Origin: Mustelus asterias
Taxonomy: Eukaryota
DNA length: 64,000 bases
Assembly: GCF_964213995.1 (NCBI RefSeq)
Contig: NW_027590198.1
Location: 372,001-436,000 of the forward strand
Reading direction: 5' to 3'
A program made the position numbers and the translations under genes. This document shows positions 1-12,665 of this stretch, piece after piece (position 1 is the first letter of the stretch; each line of letters starts with the position of its first letter). The notes under the pieces are model-generated. The model saw nothing but the letters and a program-made list of their open reading frames with translations, was not told the origin of the DNA and made no database searches.

Positions 1-1735
1 CTGTTGGAATTTTTTTTCTATTGGAAGGCACCGTAAAAAGAGTCACTGTATTTACTGTTGAGATAAGCATGGATGTTAGGGAACTTGGGGAAATAAATAG
101 TGATGTCTTGAGGAGTGTACATATTACAGAGAAGAAGGTGCTGGAAGTCTTAAAGCAGAACAAGGTAGATAAATCCCCGGGACCTGATGACGTATATCAC
201 AGGACGTTGTGGGAGGCGAGGGAGGAAATTCCGGGTCCCCTAGCCGAGATATCTGAATCATCGATAGTCACGGGTGAGTTGCCTGAAGATTGGAGAGTGG
301 CAAATGTTGTGCCTTTGTTTAAAAAGGGCTGCAGGGAAAAACCTGGGAACTATAGGCCAGTGAGTCGCACATCTGTGGTGGGTAAATTGTTGGAATGTAT
401 TTTGAGAGACAGGATCTACAGGCATTTAGAGATGCAAGGAATGATTAGGGACAGTCAGCATGACTTTGTGAATGGACAATCATGTCTCACAAATTTTATT
501 GAGTTTTTTGAAGAGGTAACCAAGAAGGTAGATGAGGGCAGTGTAGTTGATGTTGTCTACATGGACTTTAGCAAGGCCTTTTACAAGGTACCGCATGGTA
601 GGTTGTTGCATAAAGTTGAATCTCAAGGGATCCACAGTGAGGTATCTAAATGGATACAAAATTGGCTTCTTGATAGAAACCAGAGTGTGGTTATAGAGAG
701 TTGTTTTTTTAATCTGGAGGCCTGTGATCAGCGGTGTGCCTCAGGGATCAGTGCTAGGCCCACTGTTATTTGTCATTTATATGAATGATTTGGATGAGAA
801 TATAGGGGGCATGGTTAGTACGTTTGCAGATGACACTAAGATTGGTGGCATAGTGGACAGCGAATAAAGTTATCTCCAATTGATCAATTGGGCCAGTGGG
901 CTGATGAACGGCAGATGGAGTTTAATTTAGACAAATGCGAGGTGATACATTTTGGTAGATTGAACCAGGGCAGGACTTACTCAGTTAATGGTAGGGCGTT
1001 GGGGAGAGTTACAGAACAAAGAGATCTCGGGGTACATGTCCATAGCTCCTTGAAAGTGGAGTCACAGGTGGACAGAGTGGTGAAGAAGGCATTCAGCATG
1101 CTTGGTTTAATCGGTCAGAACATTGAATACAGGAGTTGGGACGTCTTATTGAAGTTGTACAAGACATTGGTAAGGCCATACTTGGAATACTGTGTGCAAT
1201 TCTGGTCACCCTATTATATAAAGTATATTATTAAACTAGAAAGATTGCAAAAACGATTTACTTGGATGCTACTTGATGGATTGAGTTATCAGGAGAGGCT
1301 GAATAGACTGGGGCTTTTTTCTCTCGAGCGTAGGAGGCTGAGAGGTGACCTTATAGGGGTCTATAAAATAATGAGGGGCATAGACAAGGTAGATCGTCAA
1401 TATATTTTCCCAAAGGTAGGGGAGTTTAAAACTAGAGGGCATAGGTTTAAGGTGAGAGCGGAGAGATAGAAAAGTGTCCAGAGGGGCAATTTTTTCACAC
1501 AGAGGATGCTGAGTGTCTGGAACAATTTGCCAGAGGTAGTAGTAAAGGGGGGTACAATTTTATCTTTTAAAAAGCATTTAGATAGTTATATGGGTACGAT
1601 GGGTCTCGATGGATATGGGCCAAATGCGGGCAATTGGGATTAGCTTTGGGGTTTTAAAAAAAAGGGCGGCATGGACAAGTTGGGCAGAAGGGCCTGTTTC
1701 CATGCTGTAAACCTCTATGACTCTATGACTCTATG
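1..1735 (+). mobile_element. CR1 LINE, 5'-truncated, degenerate ORF2 (RT) plus 3' UTR
   Basis: ORFs 21-788 and 888-1469 carry CR1 motifs (KSPGPD, NYRPVS, YMDFSKAF, LEYCVQFWSP, TRGHRFK); ends in a (CTCTATGA)n tail at 1713-1735. Confidence 0.95.
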
Positions 1736-2702
1736 CATGAAAACTCATTGTGCCCCCCTTGTGAAAAATGGCTTAACAGCTATCTTACTGTATTGGCTAA
1801 TATTCACTCTTCCATCAACGCCATATGCATATTTATACGTCAAGGCCATTTGTTGGGTTTGTTAAATGGAAATTGGCTGCAAATTAGCAATACCTCAAAA
1901 ATACTGTTTGGTTGTAAAACATTTGATTCGCCCTAAAGTCAAGAAATACGCTGTGTCAGACCTTCGTTTTTGCCCTGAATTCTATCCCGTTCATCAAAAT
2001 CCCGAAGCTGCATAAATAAACGGTGATACGCAGATCCTCTAATATTTGGAGCAAAATGTTTTGGGTGATAGTTGTATATGACAGTGCAACATGTGGTTAC
2101 AGACATTGGTAACCTGCACAAGAATAAACACTTAACATCATCATATCGGGCGGTAGGACAGCCCGTTTCAACATAGGGAAAGGTTGAATATTTATAACTT
2201 TCACGTAAAATGAAAGGAACGAAAGAACCGGCAATAACTATTTATGCCTGGATTTTGTTTTTGTCTACCTCTCCTTGATATGCCACAGTATTGCAACCAA
2301 TGTGTCTCACAAAATTAACGTTATGTTGGTCAGTGTTAATCAGGAACAGAACTGTACTATTTTCCCTCATACATACAAGTGACTCTCTGCAATATGGCTC
2401 CACTTGGGTATCAGCGGATGCCCCTGTTTTCCCTCCCTGCAGAAATTGGAATGTCCGAAGGCAGGGTTTTTATCAGTAGAATATACAAATTGAGCGGGCG
2501 AAAAATTTGATGAGGATTCTGAGGAGGAATCAGAAGATGAGAAAGGGGAGCCAGGTCAGTAAGCATCAGAATCAGGAATCCAATAGGCATTGGGGTTTAA
2601 CTTCTGGTCCGAATTGCCCGGGCAAACGCCGGACATGCGTGTGGGACATCACGAAAGTCCGGCTGCATGCGCATGTGCGCTGAAAGAGAGAGCGCCAATT
2701 TT

Positions 2703-2935
2703 AAACCAGAACAAAAAACGCTGGAAAATCTCAGCAGGTCATGCAGCATCTGTTAGGAGAGAAAAGTGCTTATGTTTCGAGTGCAGGTAACCCTTTCACA
2801 AAGCTTTGACAAACGGTCATCTGCACTCGAAACGTCAGCTCTTTTCTCTCCTTACAGAAGCTGCCAGACCTGCTGAGATCTTCCAGCATTTTCTTTTTTG
2901 GTTTCAGATTACAACACCCGCAGTAATTTTTTTAA
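2703..2935. mobile_element. Palindromic (fold-back) short element, probably Penelope-derived (family B)
   Basis: Imperfect inverted arms of ~100 bp centred on AAG|CTT (2803/2804), followed by a ~30-nt unpaired tail; homologous copy at 59121-59360. Confidence 0.75.
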
Positions 2936-4155
2936 TCCAATTTTGAACCTCCTGTCGAGGTTCTAAAATCTGCCGGTCCTGAAGCGCTAAGCTGCAATTG
3001 TGCCAAAACGTCCGGCATTTGTGCTGTTGTTAGGTGAGATTTTGCACTTATTTATTTGCATTTTTAATTTTTGGTCCAGCTTCACGCATAGAGGCAGGAG
3101 CCATTCTTTCGGTTTTTGTTAACATGTTTTTTTTTAATGTTTAACAAAGAAGTAAAGATCAGAAAGTGAAATAAATTATTTAAAAATATTTTTTTCAACT
3201 TTGTCATGATGACTAATTGCACTAAAATATTTGTTTGCATGTAACAAAGCTAATGTCAGCGTCTGGAATGAATTTCAGCATTTGGATTTTGCAATGTATT
3301 TTAAGCAGTTTTTAATCCTATTTTAAGACTTGAAATTCTGTGGAGTTTCGAAGAATGGAAAACGATCTCAGTGAAACCTACACAATGCTGAATAGGTTAA
3401 TACGATGGACGCATTGAGACTGTTTCTGCTGGTCGGAGGAATGTAAAACACGTTGCACGGTCTCAGGATGAGGGCTGAGTTGAGGATAAATTACGACACT
3501 CAAAATAATTGTGAATTTTTGGAATTCTGTCGTCGAGAGGATTCTAGATTCTCTCCCATTGGACACATTTCAGTCCAGGATGGGCAGAATCCTGGTCCGT
3601 CCGAGAATTAGGATTGTGGACTGAAAAAGGAAACTAAAGTTTCGAGATCAATCATTACGTTCAATAGTATATTTGAAACCTAGATGTTATCAAATATCAA
3701 GTATCAAAACATTAAATTTTAATGTTGGCAACATAGTATGACAGCAGAGCAGGGAGCATTTATCAGATATTTATTGTTGTTACGCAGGTGCTCTGAACTA
3801 TGACAATGAATGCTGATGGGGGGAGAATACAAATGCACAGCCGAACGCGCTCGCCGAGACTGAGACGACTGACCAATCACATCGCATCCTAAATCAGGGT
3901 GTCAGCGAGTTCTCTGATATTCCGATCGCATTTTCATTTTGACAAAACCTGATCTATAACGACAGCGATTATATTTCAAAGCAAGTCGCGTGGCTATATA
4001 GCCCCCTTACAGTTGTTGGGGTTTACTTGTTACCCCCGAGTGCTGAGATGGGAAAAGCGCAGTTGAATACAGCAAATTTGGGGAAAAAACTGTTTCAACA
4101 AGGAAACAACCACCTGCATATTTCTAATAGTTTGAATGCTCTAATAGGTTGAATT

Positions 4156-6006
4156 TTATAAATATATAAAAAGGAATAGAGTGGCTAGAGTGAATGTTGG
4201 ACCCTTGGAGGACGAGAGGGGGGAGTTAATAGTGGGAAATGAGGATATGGCTGAGTCTTTAAATAAGTTTTTTGTGTCGGTCTTCACGGTGGAGGACACA
4301 AATAGTTTGCCAAATATTAACGATAGAGGGTTGGCAGCAGGAGAAATACTTAATACAATTAATGTTACCAGAGAGGCAGTGCTGGGTAGACTAATGGGAC
4401 TGAAGGTGGACAAGTCCCCGGGTCCGGATGGAATGCATCCCAGGGTATTGAAAGAAATGTCAGAGGTAATAGTGGATGCGTTAGTGATTATTTATCAAAA
4501 CTCGTTGCATTCTGGGGTAGTGCCGGTTGATTGGAAAACGGCTAATGTTACGCCGCTGTTTAAAAAAGGAAGGAGACAAAAGGCGGGTAACTATAGGCCG
4601 GTCAGCTTAACGTCTGTAGTAGGGAAAATGCTGGAATCCATTATTAAAGAGGAGATTGCAGGGCATCTGGATAGAAATGGTTCGATCAATCAGACGCAGC
4701 ATGGATTCATGAGGGGAAAGTCGTGCTTGACGAACATGTTGGATTTTTATGAAGATGTGACTAGGGCGGTTGATGGAGGAGAACCGGTGGATGCGGTGTT
4801 TTTGGATTTCCAAAAGGCGTTTGATAAGGTGCCCCATAAAAGGCTGCTGAAGAAGATTAGGGCACACGGAGTTGGGGGTAGTGTGTTAAAGTGGATTGGG
4901 GACTGGCTATCCGACAGGAAGCAAAGAGTCGGAATAAATGGGTGTTTTTCTAGTTGGAGGAAGGTAACTAGTGGCGTGCCGCAGGGATCGGTACTCGGGC
5001 CGCAACTATTTACCATTTATATAGATGATCTGGAGGAGGGGACGGAGTGTAGGGTAACGAAGTTTGCAGACGACACAAAGATAAGTGGAAAAGTGAATCG
5101 TGTGGAGGACGGAGAAGATCTGCAGAGAGATTTGGACAGGCTGAGTGAGTGGGCGAGGATATGGCAAATGGAGTATAACGTTGAGAAATGCGAGGTTATA
5201 CACTTTGGAGGAAATAATAACAAATGGGATTACTATCTCAATGGAAACAAATTAAATCATGCTACCGTGCAAAGGGACCTGGGGGTCCTTGTGCATGAGA
5301 CGCAAAAGCCCAGTCTGCAGGTACAACAGGTGATCAAGAAGGCAAATGGGATGTTGGCCTATATCGCGAGGGGGATAGAATATAAAAGCAGGGATGTCTT
5401 GATGCACCTGTACAGGGCATTGGTGAGGCCGCAGCTGGAATACTGTGTGCAGTATTGGTCCCCTTATGTGAGGAGGGATATATTGGCATTGGAGGGAGTG
5501 CAGAGAAGGTTCACCAGGTTGATACCGGAGATGAGGGGTTTGGATTATGAGGAGAGGCTGAGGAGATTGGGTTTGTACTCGTTGGAGTTTAGAAGGATGA
5601 GGGGGGATCTTATGGAGACTTATAAGATAATGCGGGGGCTGGATAGGGTGGAGGCGGAGAGATTCTTTCCACTTAGTAAAGAAGTTAAAACTAGAGGACA
5701 CAGCCTGAAAATAAAGGGGGGTCGGTTTAAGACAGAGTTGAGGAGGAACCTCTTCTCCCAGAGGGTGGTGAATCTCTGGAATTCTCTGCCCACTGAGGTG
5801 GTGGAGGCTACCTCGCTGAATATGTTTAAAGCGCGGATGGATGGATTCCTGATCGGTAAGGGAATTAAGGGTTATGGGGATCAGGCGGGTAAGTGGTACT
5901 GATCCACGTCAGATCAGCCATGATCTTATTGAATGGCGGGGCAGGCTCGAGGGGCTAGATGGCCTACTCCTGCTCCTATTTCTTATGTTCTTATGTTCTT
6001 ATGTTC
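4156..6006 (+). mobile_element. Young CR1 LINE, 5'-truncated; open 573-aa ORF2 (RT) segment at 4181-5902
   Basis: Uninterrupted RT motifs ([24 protein letters not shown]) up to the stop codon; (TTCTTATG)n tail. Confidence 0.97.
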
Positions 6007-6404
6007 GATCAAATTCACTTCCTTTTATATTTCTGTTGATTTAAAGCGTCTGTTTATGTATCTATTTGTGTGGGGAAAATAGCAGCAGGACTGGCAAAGT
6101 TGGGACGATATGTTCTTGTCGCCAAAGGACGCAGAACAGAACTATGTCGGAATATAAGTAGAATCAGGAACAGATTAGTTAACCCTCGCGGGTCACAACC
6201 CTCCAGCATTTCGGTACCTTACTACTTCGCTAAACACGTTGACTACAGAAGAGCTCCTGTGGGTGGGATTCATTCCTTCAGCTTCCATTTCAATGTTGTG
6301 CTCATTGACGTGACTCATAACTGGTTTGAAAAATAATCGTATTGGACTCGGAACTTTAAATCTGTTTTTCGCTTCACATTTGCAGCTCGACCTGCTGAGA
6401 AGAA

Positions 6405-6750
6405 AAGACAAAGACAAGTACAGCACGGGAACAGGCTCTTCGGCCCTCCAAGCCTATGCTGATCGTGATGTTCTAACTAAACAAAAATAACTTTTGCCCT
6501 TACTCGGTCCTTCTCCCTCTATTCCCTCCCTATTCATGTACCAATCCTGATGCCTCTAAATGTTGCTAATGTGCCTGCTTCCACCAGCTTCTCTCGCAGC
6601 GCGTTCAGGGCACCCTCCACTCCTAGCAGAAACAAAAACCATGCACAACGCCCTTCCAGCACTTTCTGTTTTCATTATCACGTGAATTACTGGCTTTGTC
6701 AGATACATGAACACAAGAAATAGGAGCAGGAGTAGGCCATGCAGCCCATC
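6405..6750 (-). mobile_element. CR1 3'-UTR remnants
   Basis: Reverse complement of the CR1 terminal motifs (ACAGGCTCTTCGGCCC; AAATAGGAGCAGGAGTAGGCC). Confidence 0.6.
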
Positions 6751-8019
6751 GATCCAGCTCTGTTTGCAGTCACTTTGCAGCCTTTGCATAGTTGAAATTA
6801 CGATGTGTAACTTGCGATCATTAACTGTAGTTAAAAAACAATCTCCAACGAGAATTGAACTCGTTAATTACGAGAACACTGTTCTGCCCACTGAAGTATG
6901 GAGCCAATCATTGGCTACAAGGCTGCAACAAGTGTATAATAATCAGTGGACAGAGTTCATTTTCAGCTGCATGATAATTGAGGGAGGCGGATATGTCTGA
7001 GCTGGAGTGCAGGGAGTTAAAAGATGTGGTTTAAAAGGAAGATAATTTGATAGGTGCCAGTTACTTGGAATGATCAGTGACTGCCGTGTGTTTGCCTTGT
7101 GATTCTTCTTCTGAGATTATTCTTGTTACATTTCTGAATTTTCCAGCTCTGATACGAATTCATCCAGCTGGAAGAGTAACCATGTTTCTCCCTCATAGAC
7201 GCTGTGAGGCGTTGTTTCATTTAATGAATAATTAAATAAAAAGATATTCACTCTGCGCTAGGAATCAAAACCCAACGAATCCAACTGAGACACCCGCCCA
7301 GGGAAGCTGATATTAGAGATTTGCAACTAGTCGAAAAGCTACGCTTTTATCATTACTTAATTTCAGGTGATTGTCTAATACACAAGCTCTAAAATAATGT
7401 TAGGAGTCCAATGGTGAAGGAGAAAATCGGGTTAGAAATGACAGCCCATGAGTTGAAGCTTCAACATGACTGAAGAATTTCCCTAGTTCCATTCTGTGGA
7501 CTTCACCTGCCTTCTATATTTGTCGAGTTGTGGGTTTTTTAACGTCTCATTGAGTGTCGCGAATCTTCTGAAGATGTTAAATGGATCGGGAATGAAGTGC
7601 CTTTGTGGACTCCTCATGTAGATTTGTTGTTTTAAATTCCGGCGAATCAAAATTTTATTGTAACAGTGCAGTCGTTAATTTCCTAAAGCCGCTGCTCTAT
7701 ATTAATGTGGCCGTGTACAGCCATAAGGTAAATAAAATGTTTGGATCTTAATGCAGCAATGGGTAAACAAAATTGGCCATTAGAGTTGTCCCAAGGGAAC
7801 AATTCGCAACGCTCTTTACAACTTTATCGACAGTGTAAACCTTGGTCTACACGGGGAAGCCTCGCATTGGGCAACTACAGCAGCATCTCTCCTCTGCCCA
7901 AAGACGAATAGAAAATTATTGCTAGCGCACCTACTTTGTCCTCGCTGGCCTCACTCAACAGCCTGACATACATTCCATCAGTCCTGGAGATATCTTTATT
8001 CTAATTTTAATGCTGTCAA

Positions 8020-8750
8020 AACACTTAGAACTACCTATCTGTTTTGTGAAGGTCTTCAATTGAATCGCAGTCCAATCTGATTTTGAAACCAACATCGTCT
8101 GTCACAGAAATGGACACCAACACAAAGCTTTCATGTCGAACCCTTCCTATGTCATCCAGCTCTACATAAAAAAATACCATGATGGTCCTTAGTGAGCCCG
8201 ACTCTTTCCGAGTTATATTTATAATATTAATCTGCATGCAAAGGAAATTACCATTTTCCTTTATTTGATCTGTCAGGTTCTTTTCGGAGTCCTTTCCTGG
8301 TCTCCTATTTTCCCTTTTGAAGGCCCCTCTTGCCCATTCTATATAATTCGAGGGATTCTGCTGTTTTGAGCCCTCGTTGGCTGCCATTAGCTACCCTTTC
8401 CCTCTTTATACAATGTTGTATATCCCTCGATATCCAATGTTCAGTGGATTTGTTGGTCCCATGCTTTTTCTTTATTGGAGAATGTTGACCCTGTCATCGC
8501 ACTATTTCCTTCTTCAATGCGTCCGACTGCTCTGTGACAATTTAATGTAAAAGTGTCAGCTCCCAGTCAAATCTGGCCAGATCATACCTGATCTTATTAA
8601 AATCAGTCTTCATAGAAATATGACCTCTGGGCCATCCTTGTCATTTTCCATAACAATCTTGTATCTAAATATGCTACGATTGTTATCTGTAAAATGCTCC
8701 CCCACTGCTAATGCAACACTTGTTCGGCTCTATTAACTAAAATTCTAAAG
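8020..8750 (-). mobile_element. Old degenerate CR1 ORF2 fragment
   Basis: Minus-strand translation resembles the CR1 endonuclease-RT linker and is heavily decayed. Confidence 0.55.
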
Positions 8751-9481
8751 TTCTCCCCATTCTCTGGTTTATTTCGTTTTCTTTCGAAGCTCCTACTTCT
8801 TTTTTTCTTTTTTCTGTATTACAATTCTAACTCCCTGTGTTCGCCATGTCTCGTTCACTTTTCATTTCATCATTTTGCATCTTAATGAACATAATTCGTG
8901 AATGAATGTAATTTTTGTAAGTGGCTTGTTATATATGCAAATACTTGGCAAAGTATCGTTTTAACTTTAGCCTTTCTTTCCCATCCAGATGTCAATTTCC
9001 CGCCTCATATCTTAATTTCTTCTGTTCATTATATTTAAAATCAACATTTCAGACTGAACATAATCGTTTTCAAAGTTAATGAACAATCTATGTATGGATG
9101 GACGCTGTTCCCTTGCTAACTAGACACTATTCATGCTTGATACCTGGTATAAAATAATTTGTTCTTTGGTTGGTTCCGCAACATACTGCAGTAGAAATGC
9201 ATCTGGTACCTACTGCAGAAATTCCTCACACACAGCATTGGTGCTCATCAGATTTACACAATCTCTATATACATTGATTATATGGAATTGCTGAATACAT
9301 TAAAGGTGGGGATAAACCCGATTATTTCCCAAATTACACCTGTATTGGCCTGTACAAAGACAACGACAGGGATATAAGCGTGAGATAAATAGGCTTGGCG
9401 GTTTTTGTGAACCCGGGATCAAACCATTCCTGGAGGCAAGGGCAGGAAAGCAAATTTCGTGGAGCTGCAAATACTGGCTGA

Positions 9482-9520
9482 GGTTTTTGTACGAGGTTTT
9501 AGCGAAAATCTCACGCTGTG
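9482..9520 (-). promoter_or_regulatory. 23-bp-spacer recombination signal sequence
   Basis: CACAGCG + 23 nt + ACAAAAACC (consensus nonamer). Confidence 0.9.
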
Positions 9521-9640
9521 TCTCAATGCACAGTAATAGACCGCCCTGTCCTCCATACAGAGGGCCCTTATATTGAGGTAACCATTGTCCTGAGAAGAGA
9601 CTTGAGTAACTCTAGGTCTTTCCACCACAGGAGGGAATGT
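9521..9640 (-). pseudogene. TCR alpha/delta-type V segment, 3' fragment only (FR3)
   Basis: Translates ...SSQDNGYLNIRALCMEDRAVYYCALR and abuts a 23-RSS; no intact FR1/FR2 found upstream. Confidence 0.8.
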
Positions 9641-9887
9641 TCCGAATTATTCAGACAGACTTGTGCCCAATCAAGGAAGTTTTGGAAAATGTGAACAAGA
9701 AACCGAGTAAATCGAAACAGCGTGAAATGAGTAAATGGATGGAGTCAGTTCAGGTTGTCTCTATACCGGAGGGAGCGATAAGGACACATTAGTAAGTTGG
9801 ACAGTCTTTATTAGAGCATGTAATAGTGAACGAGAAGCAACGATGGAAGCTGAATTTGAAGTGAGAAGTGGCAACTTTTTTAGCCAA

Positions 9888-10012
9888 CCATCTTACGAAG
9901 GAGCAGCGCTCCGAAAGTTTGTGATACAAAATAAGCTTGTTGGACTTTAACCTGGTGTTGTGAGACCACTTACTGCGCCCACCCCAGTCCAACGCCGGCA
10001 TCTCCACATCAT
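9888..10012 (+). mobile_element. Penelope-like element terminal fragment
   Basis: Matches the 12325-12457 terminus (…CCAGTCCAACGCCGGCATCTCCACATCAT); hammerhead core is mutated. Confidence 0.85.
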
Positions 10013-10759
10013 CGCTAAATATTTGGCCAGCAAATGAAAATTTTATAAAGGAGTAATATATGGAAGCAGATAGACGATTAAGAATAAGTGGATAACTGAT
10101 TAGGAGAGACAGGACAAAAGTAATGGACCGAACCTCCTCTCCGTGTGCTGTAAAACACTATGATTCTAATATCATGAATTGTTCTGTTCCGTTAGAAAGA
10201 CAAAAGAGCACAGAACTTATGAAAGATTTTCCTTTGTTACATATAGGAAGCAAAGGGATTCGGAAGGAGTGACGGTCCAAGTGGTATATGGTTTGACAAA
10301 AGCCAATTGCTCCGTGGCACCGTGAATAACGTCAGATAACGACATCCCATAATAGTCCATTCGATGACACTGCCCATCAGCCTCACATTTAGCTCTCGCC
10401 TCTCCTTCCACTCCCCACCATTCAGAGTCCCGGCCGCGGCTGCAAATCCCAGTCTAGAAATCAGACCCGGATTGATCCTCTTGTGCACCTTCATCATCAT
10501 GAAGAGAACCCCCCGCAAAGATTTGTTTCCAGTTGGAGTTCTGATACTGCTGATATTGTGTGAGTTTATTAATTTACTCAGACGCATTATTTTAACCATG
10601 TGGTTTGTGAGTGATTTTATTTTGTTCACAGCCGTTCAGTGTGAGGATCGGAGCTCCCACCCTGAGCAGGTGGTGCCTCTGGAAGGGGAACGGGTTCAAT
10701 TGACCTGCCTGCTCCCCTTTGCTACAGGCGGTACCATGGTCTGGTACAGACAAACACTG

Positions 10760-12458
10760 TAAGATGTCTAACAACACCGGGTTAAAGTCCAACAGGTTTA
10801 TTTGGTAGCAGAAGTCACTAGCTTTCGGAACAGGCTGTTCCTTCGTCAGGTGGGTGGGAGTTCTGATCACAAACAGGGCACAAAGGCACAAACTCAATTT
10901 ATATGAATAATGATTGGAATGTGAGTCTTTACAGCTAATCAAGTCTTAAAGGTAGACAATGTGAGTGGAAGGAGCATTAAGCACAGGTTAAATAGATTTG
11001 TATTGTCTCCAGACAGGACAGCTAGTCAGATTTTGCACATCCAGGCAAGTTGTGGGGGTTACAGATAGTGAGACATGAACCCAAGATCCCGGTTGAGGCC
11101 GTCCTCATGTGTGCAGAACCTGGCTATCAGTCTCTGCTCAGCGACTCTGCACTGTCGTGTGTCGTGAAGGTCGCCATGGAGAATGCTTACCCGGATTTCA
11201 GAGGTTGAATGCCCGTGACCGCTGAAGTGCTCCCCAAGAGGAAGACAACAGTCTTGCCTGGTGATTGTCGAGCGGTGTTCATTCATCCGTTTTCGTAGCG
11301 TCTGCATGTTTTCCCCACTGCACCATGCCTCGGGACATCCTTTCCTGCAGCGTAACAGGTAGACAAAGTTGGCCGAGTTGCAAGAGTATGTACCATGTAC
11401 CTGGTGGATGGTGTTCTCGCGTGAAACCGCAAAACACCGCACTGATCTCCTCAGAAGACAAACACGGGACACAGTGGACAGAGTACCCGTCGTCGTTCAG
11501 TACTTCCCCGGAGCGGAGAAGCTACGACATCTCCTCCGGTGCCTTCAACATGTCATTGATGAAGACGAACATCTCGCCAAGGCCATCCCCACACCCCCAC
11601 TTCTTGCCTTCAAACAACCGCGCAACCTCAAACAGACCATTGTCCGCAGCAAACTACCCAGCCTTCAGGAGAACAGTGACGACGGCACCACACAACCCTG
11701 TCACAGCAACCTCTGCAAGACGTGCCGGATCATCGACACGGATGCCATCATCTCACGCGAGAACAACATCCACCAGGTGCACGGTACCTACTCTTGCAAC
11801 TCCGCTAACATTGTCTACCTGATACGCTGCAGGAAAGGATGTCCCGAGGCATGGTACATTAGGGAAACCATGCAGGCAGTACGACAACGGATGAATGAAC
11901 ACCGCTGGACAATCACCAGGCAAGACTGTTCTCATCCTGTGGGGGAGCACTTCAGCGGTCACGGGCATTCAGCTCTGACCTTCGCGTAAGCGTTCTCCAA
12001 GGCGGCCTTCACGACACACGACAGCGCAGAGTCGCTGAGCAGAAACCGATAGCCAGGTTCCGCACACATGAGGACGGCCTCAACCAGGATATTGGGTTCA
12101 TGTCACACTATCTGTAACCCCCACAACCTGCCTGCATGTGCAAAATCTGACTAGCCGTCCTGTCTGGAGACAATATACATCTCTTTAACCTGTGCTTAAT
12201 GCTCCTTCCACTCACGTGGTCTGTACCTTTAAGACTTGATTAGCTGTAAAGACTCACATTCCAACCATTATTCATGTAAATTGAGTTTGTGTTTTTGTGC
12301 CCTGTTGTGATCAGAACTCCCACCCACCTGACGAAGGAACAGCCTGTTCCGAAAGCCAGTGCCTTCTGCTACCAAATAAACCTGTTGGACCTTAACCTGG
12401 TGTTGTAAGACTTCTTACTGTGTTTACCCCAGTCCAACGCCGGCATCTCCACATCATG
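10760..12458 (+). mobile_element. Penelope-like element (Neptune-like) 3' part with inverted 5' duplication; GIY-YIG endonuclease remnant
   Basis: Translation contains PCHSNLCKTC…NIVYLIRCRKGCPEAWYIRET…RQRMNEH…VGEHF; inverted arms 10760-11424 and 11753-12420; TSD ACAGACAAACACTG at 10746-10759 and 12459-12472. Confidence 0.93.
10816..10852 (-). ncRNA. Minimal type I hammerhead ribozyme motif in a Penelope terminus
   Basis: CAC-CTGACGA-A-GGAACAGcCTGTTCC-GAAA-GC-TA-GTG. Confidence 0.75.
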
Positions 12459-12626
12459 ACAGACAAACACTGACAGGGGCTCCGACATTCATCACCTCCA
12501 TTTACGAGGGGAATATGACCGAAGGACGTTGCACACTATCCTTCGACCGAGTAAAGAATTCAAATCCAATCTCCATAGATGACCCCGCGGAACAGGACTC
12601 AGGGATGTATCTCTGTGCGAAGCAGA

Positions 12627-12665
12627 CGCAGTGAGACAAAGAATGGGGCCGGCTGTACAATATCT
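12627..12665 (+). promoter_or_regulatory. Degenerate 23-RSS
   Basis: CGCAGTG + 23 nt + ACAATATCT; the critical CAC is changed to CGC. Confidence 0.75.

Larger units (their letters stand above)
10499..12626 (+). pseudogene. TCR V segment in inverted orientation, disrupted by a Penelope-like insertion
   Basis: Leader exon 10499-10559 (MKRTPRKDLFPVGVLILLIL, GTGAGT donor); V exon 10632-10759 plus 12473-12626 rejoins in frame as …VQLTCLLPFATGGTMVWYRQTL|TGAPTFITSIY…DSGMYLCAKQ. Confidence 0.88.

Noticed and set aside
3780-4130. CpG-containing promoter-like stretch with CCAAT and TATA-like motifs
   Set aside because: No associated exon identified; the motifs are too short to support a call
4156-5701. 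Antisense ORFs over CR1 copies (also 25362-26783 and 54988-55419)
   Set aside because: Shadow frames of RT-coding sequence
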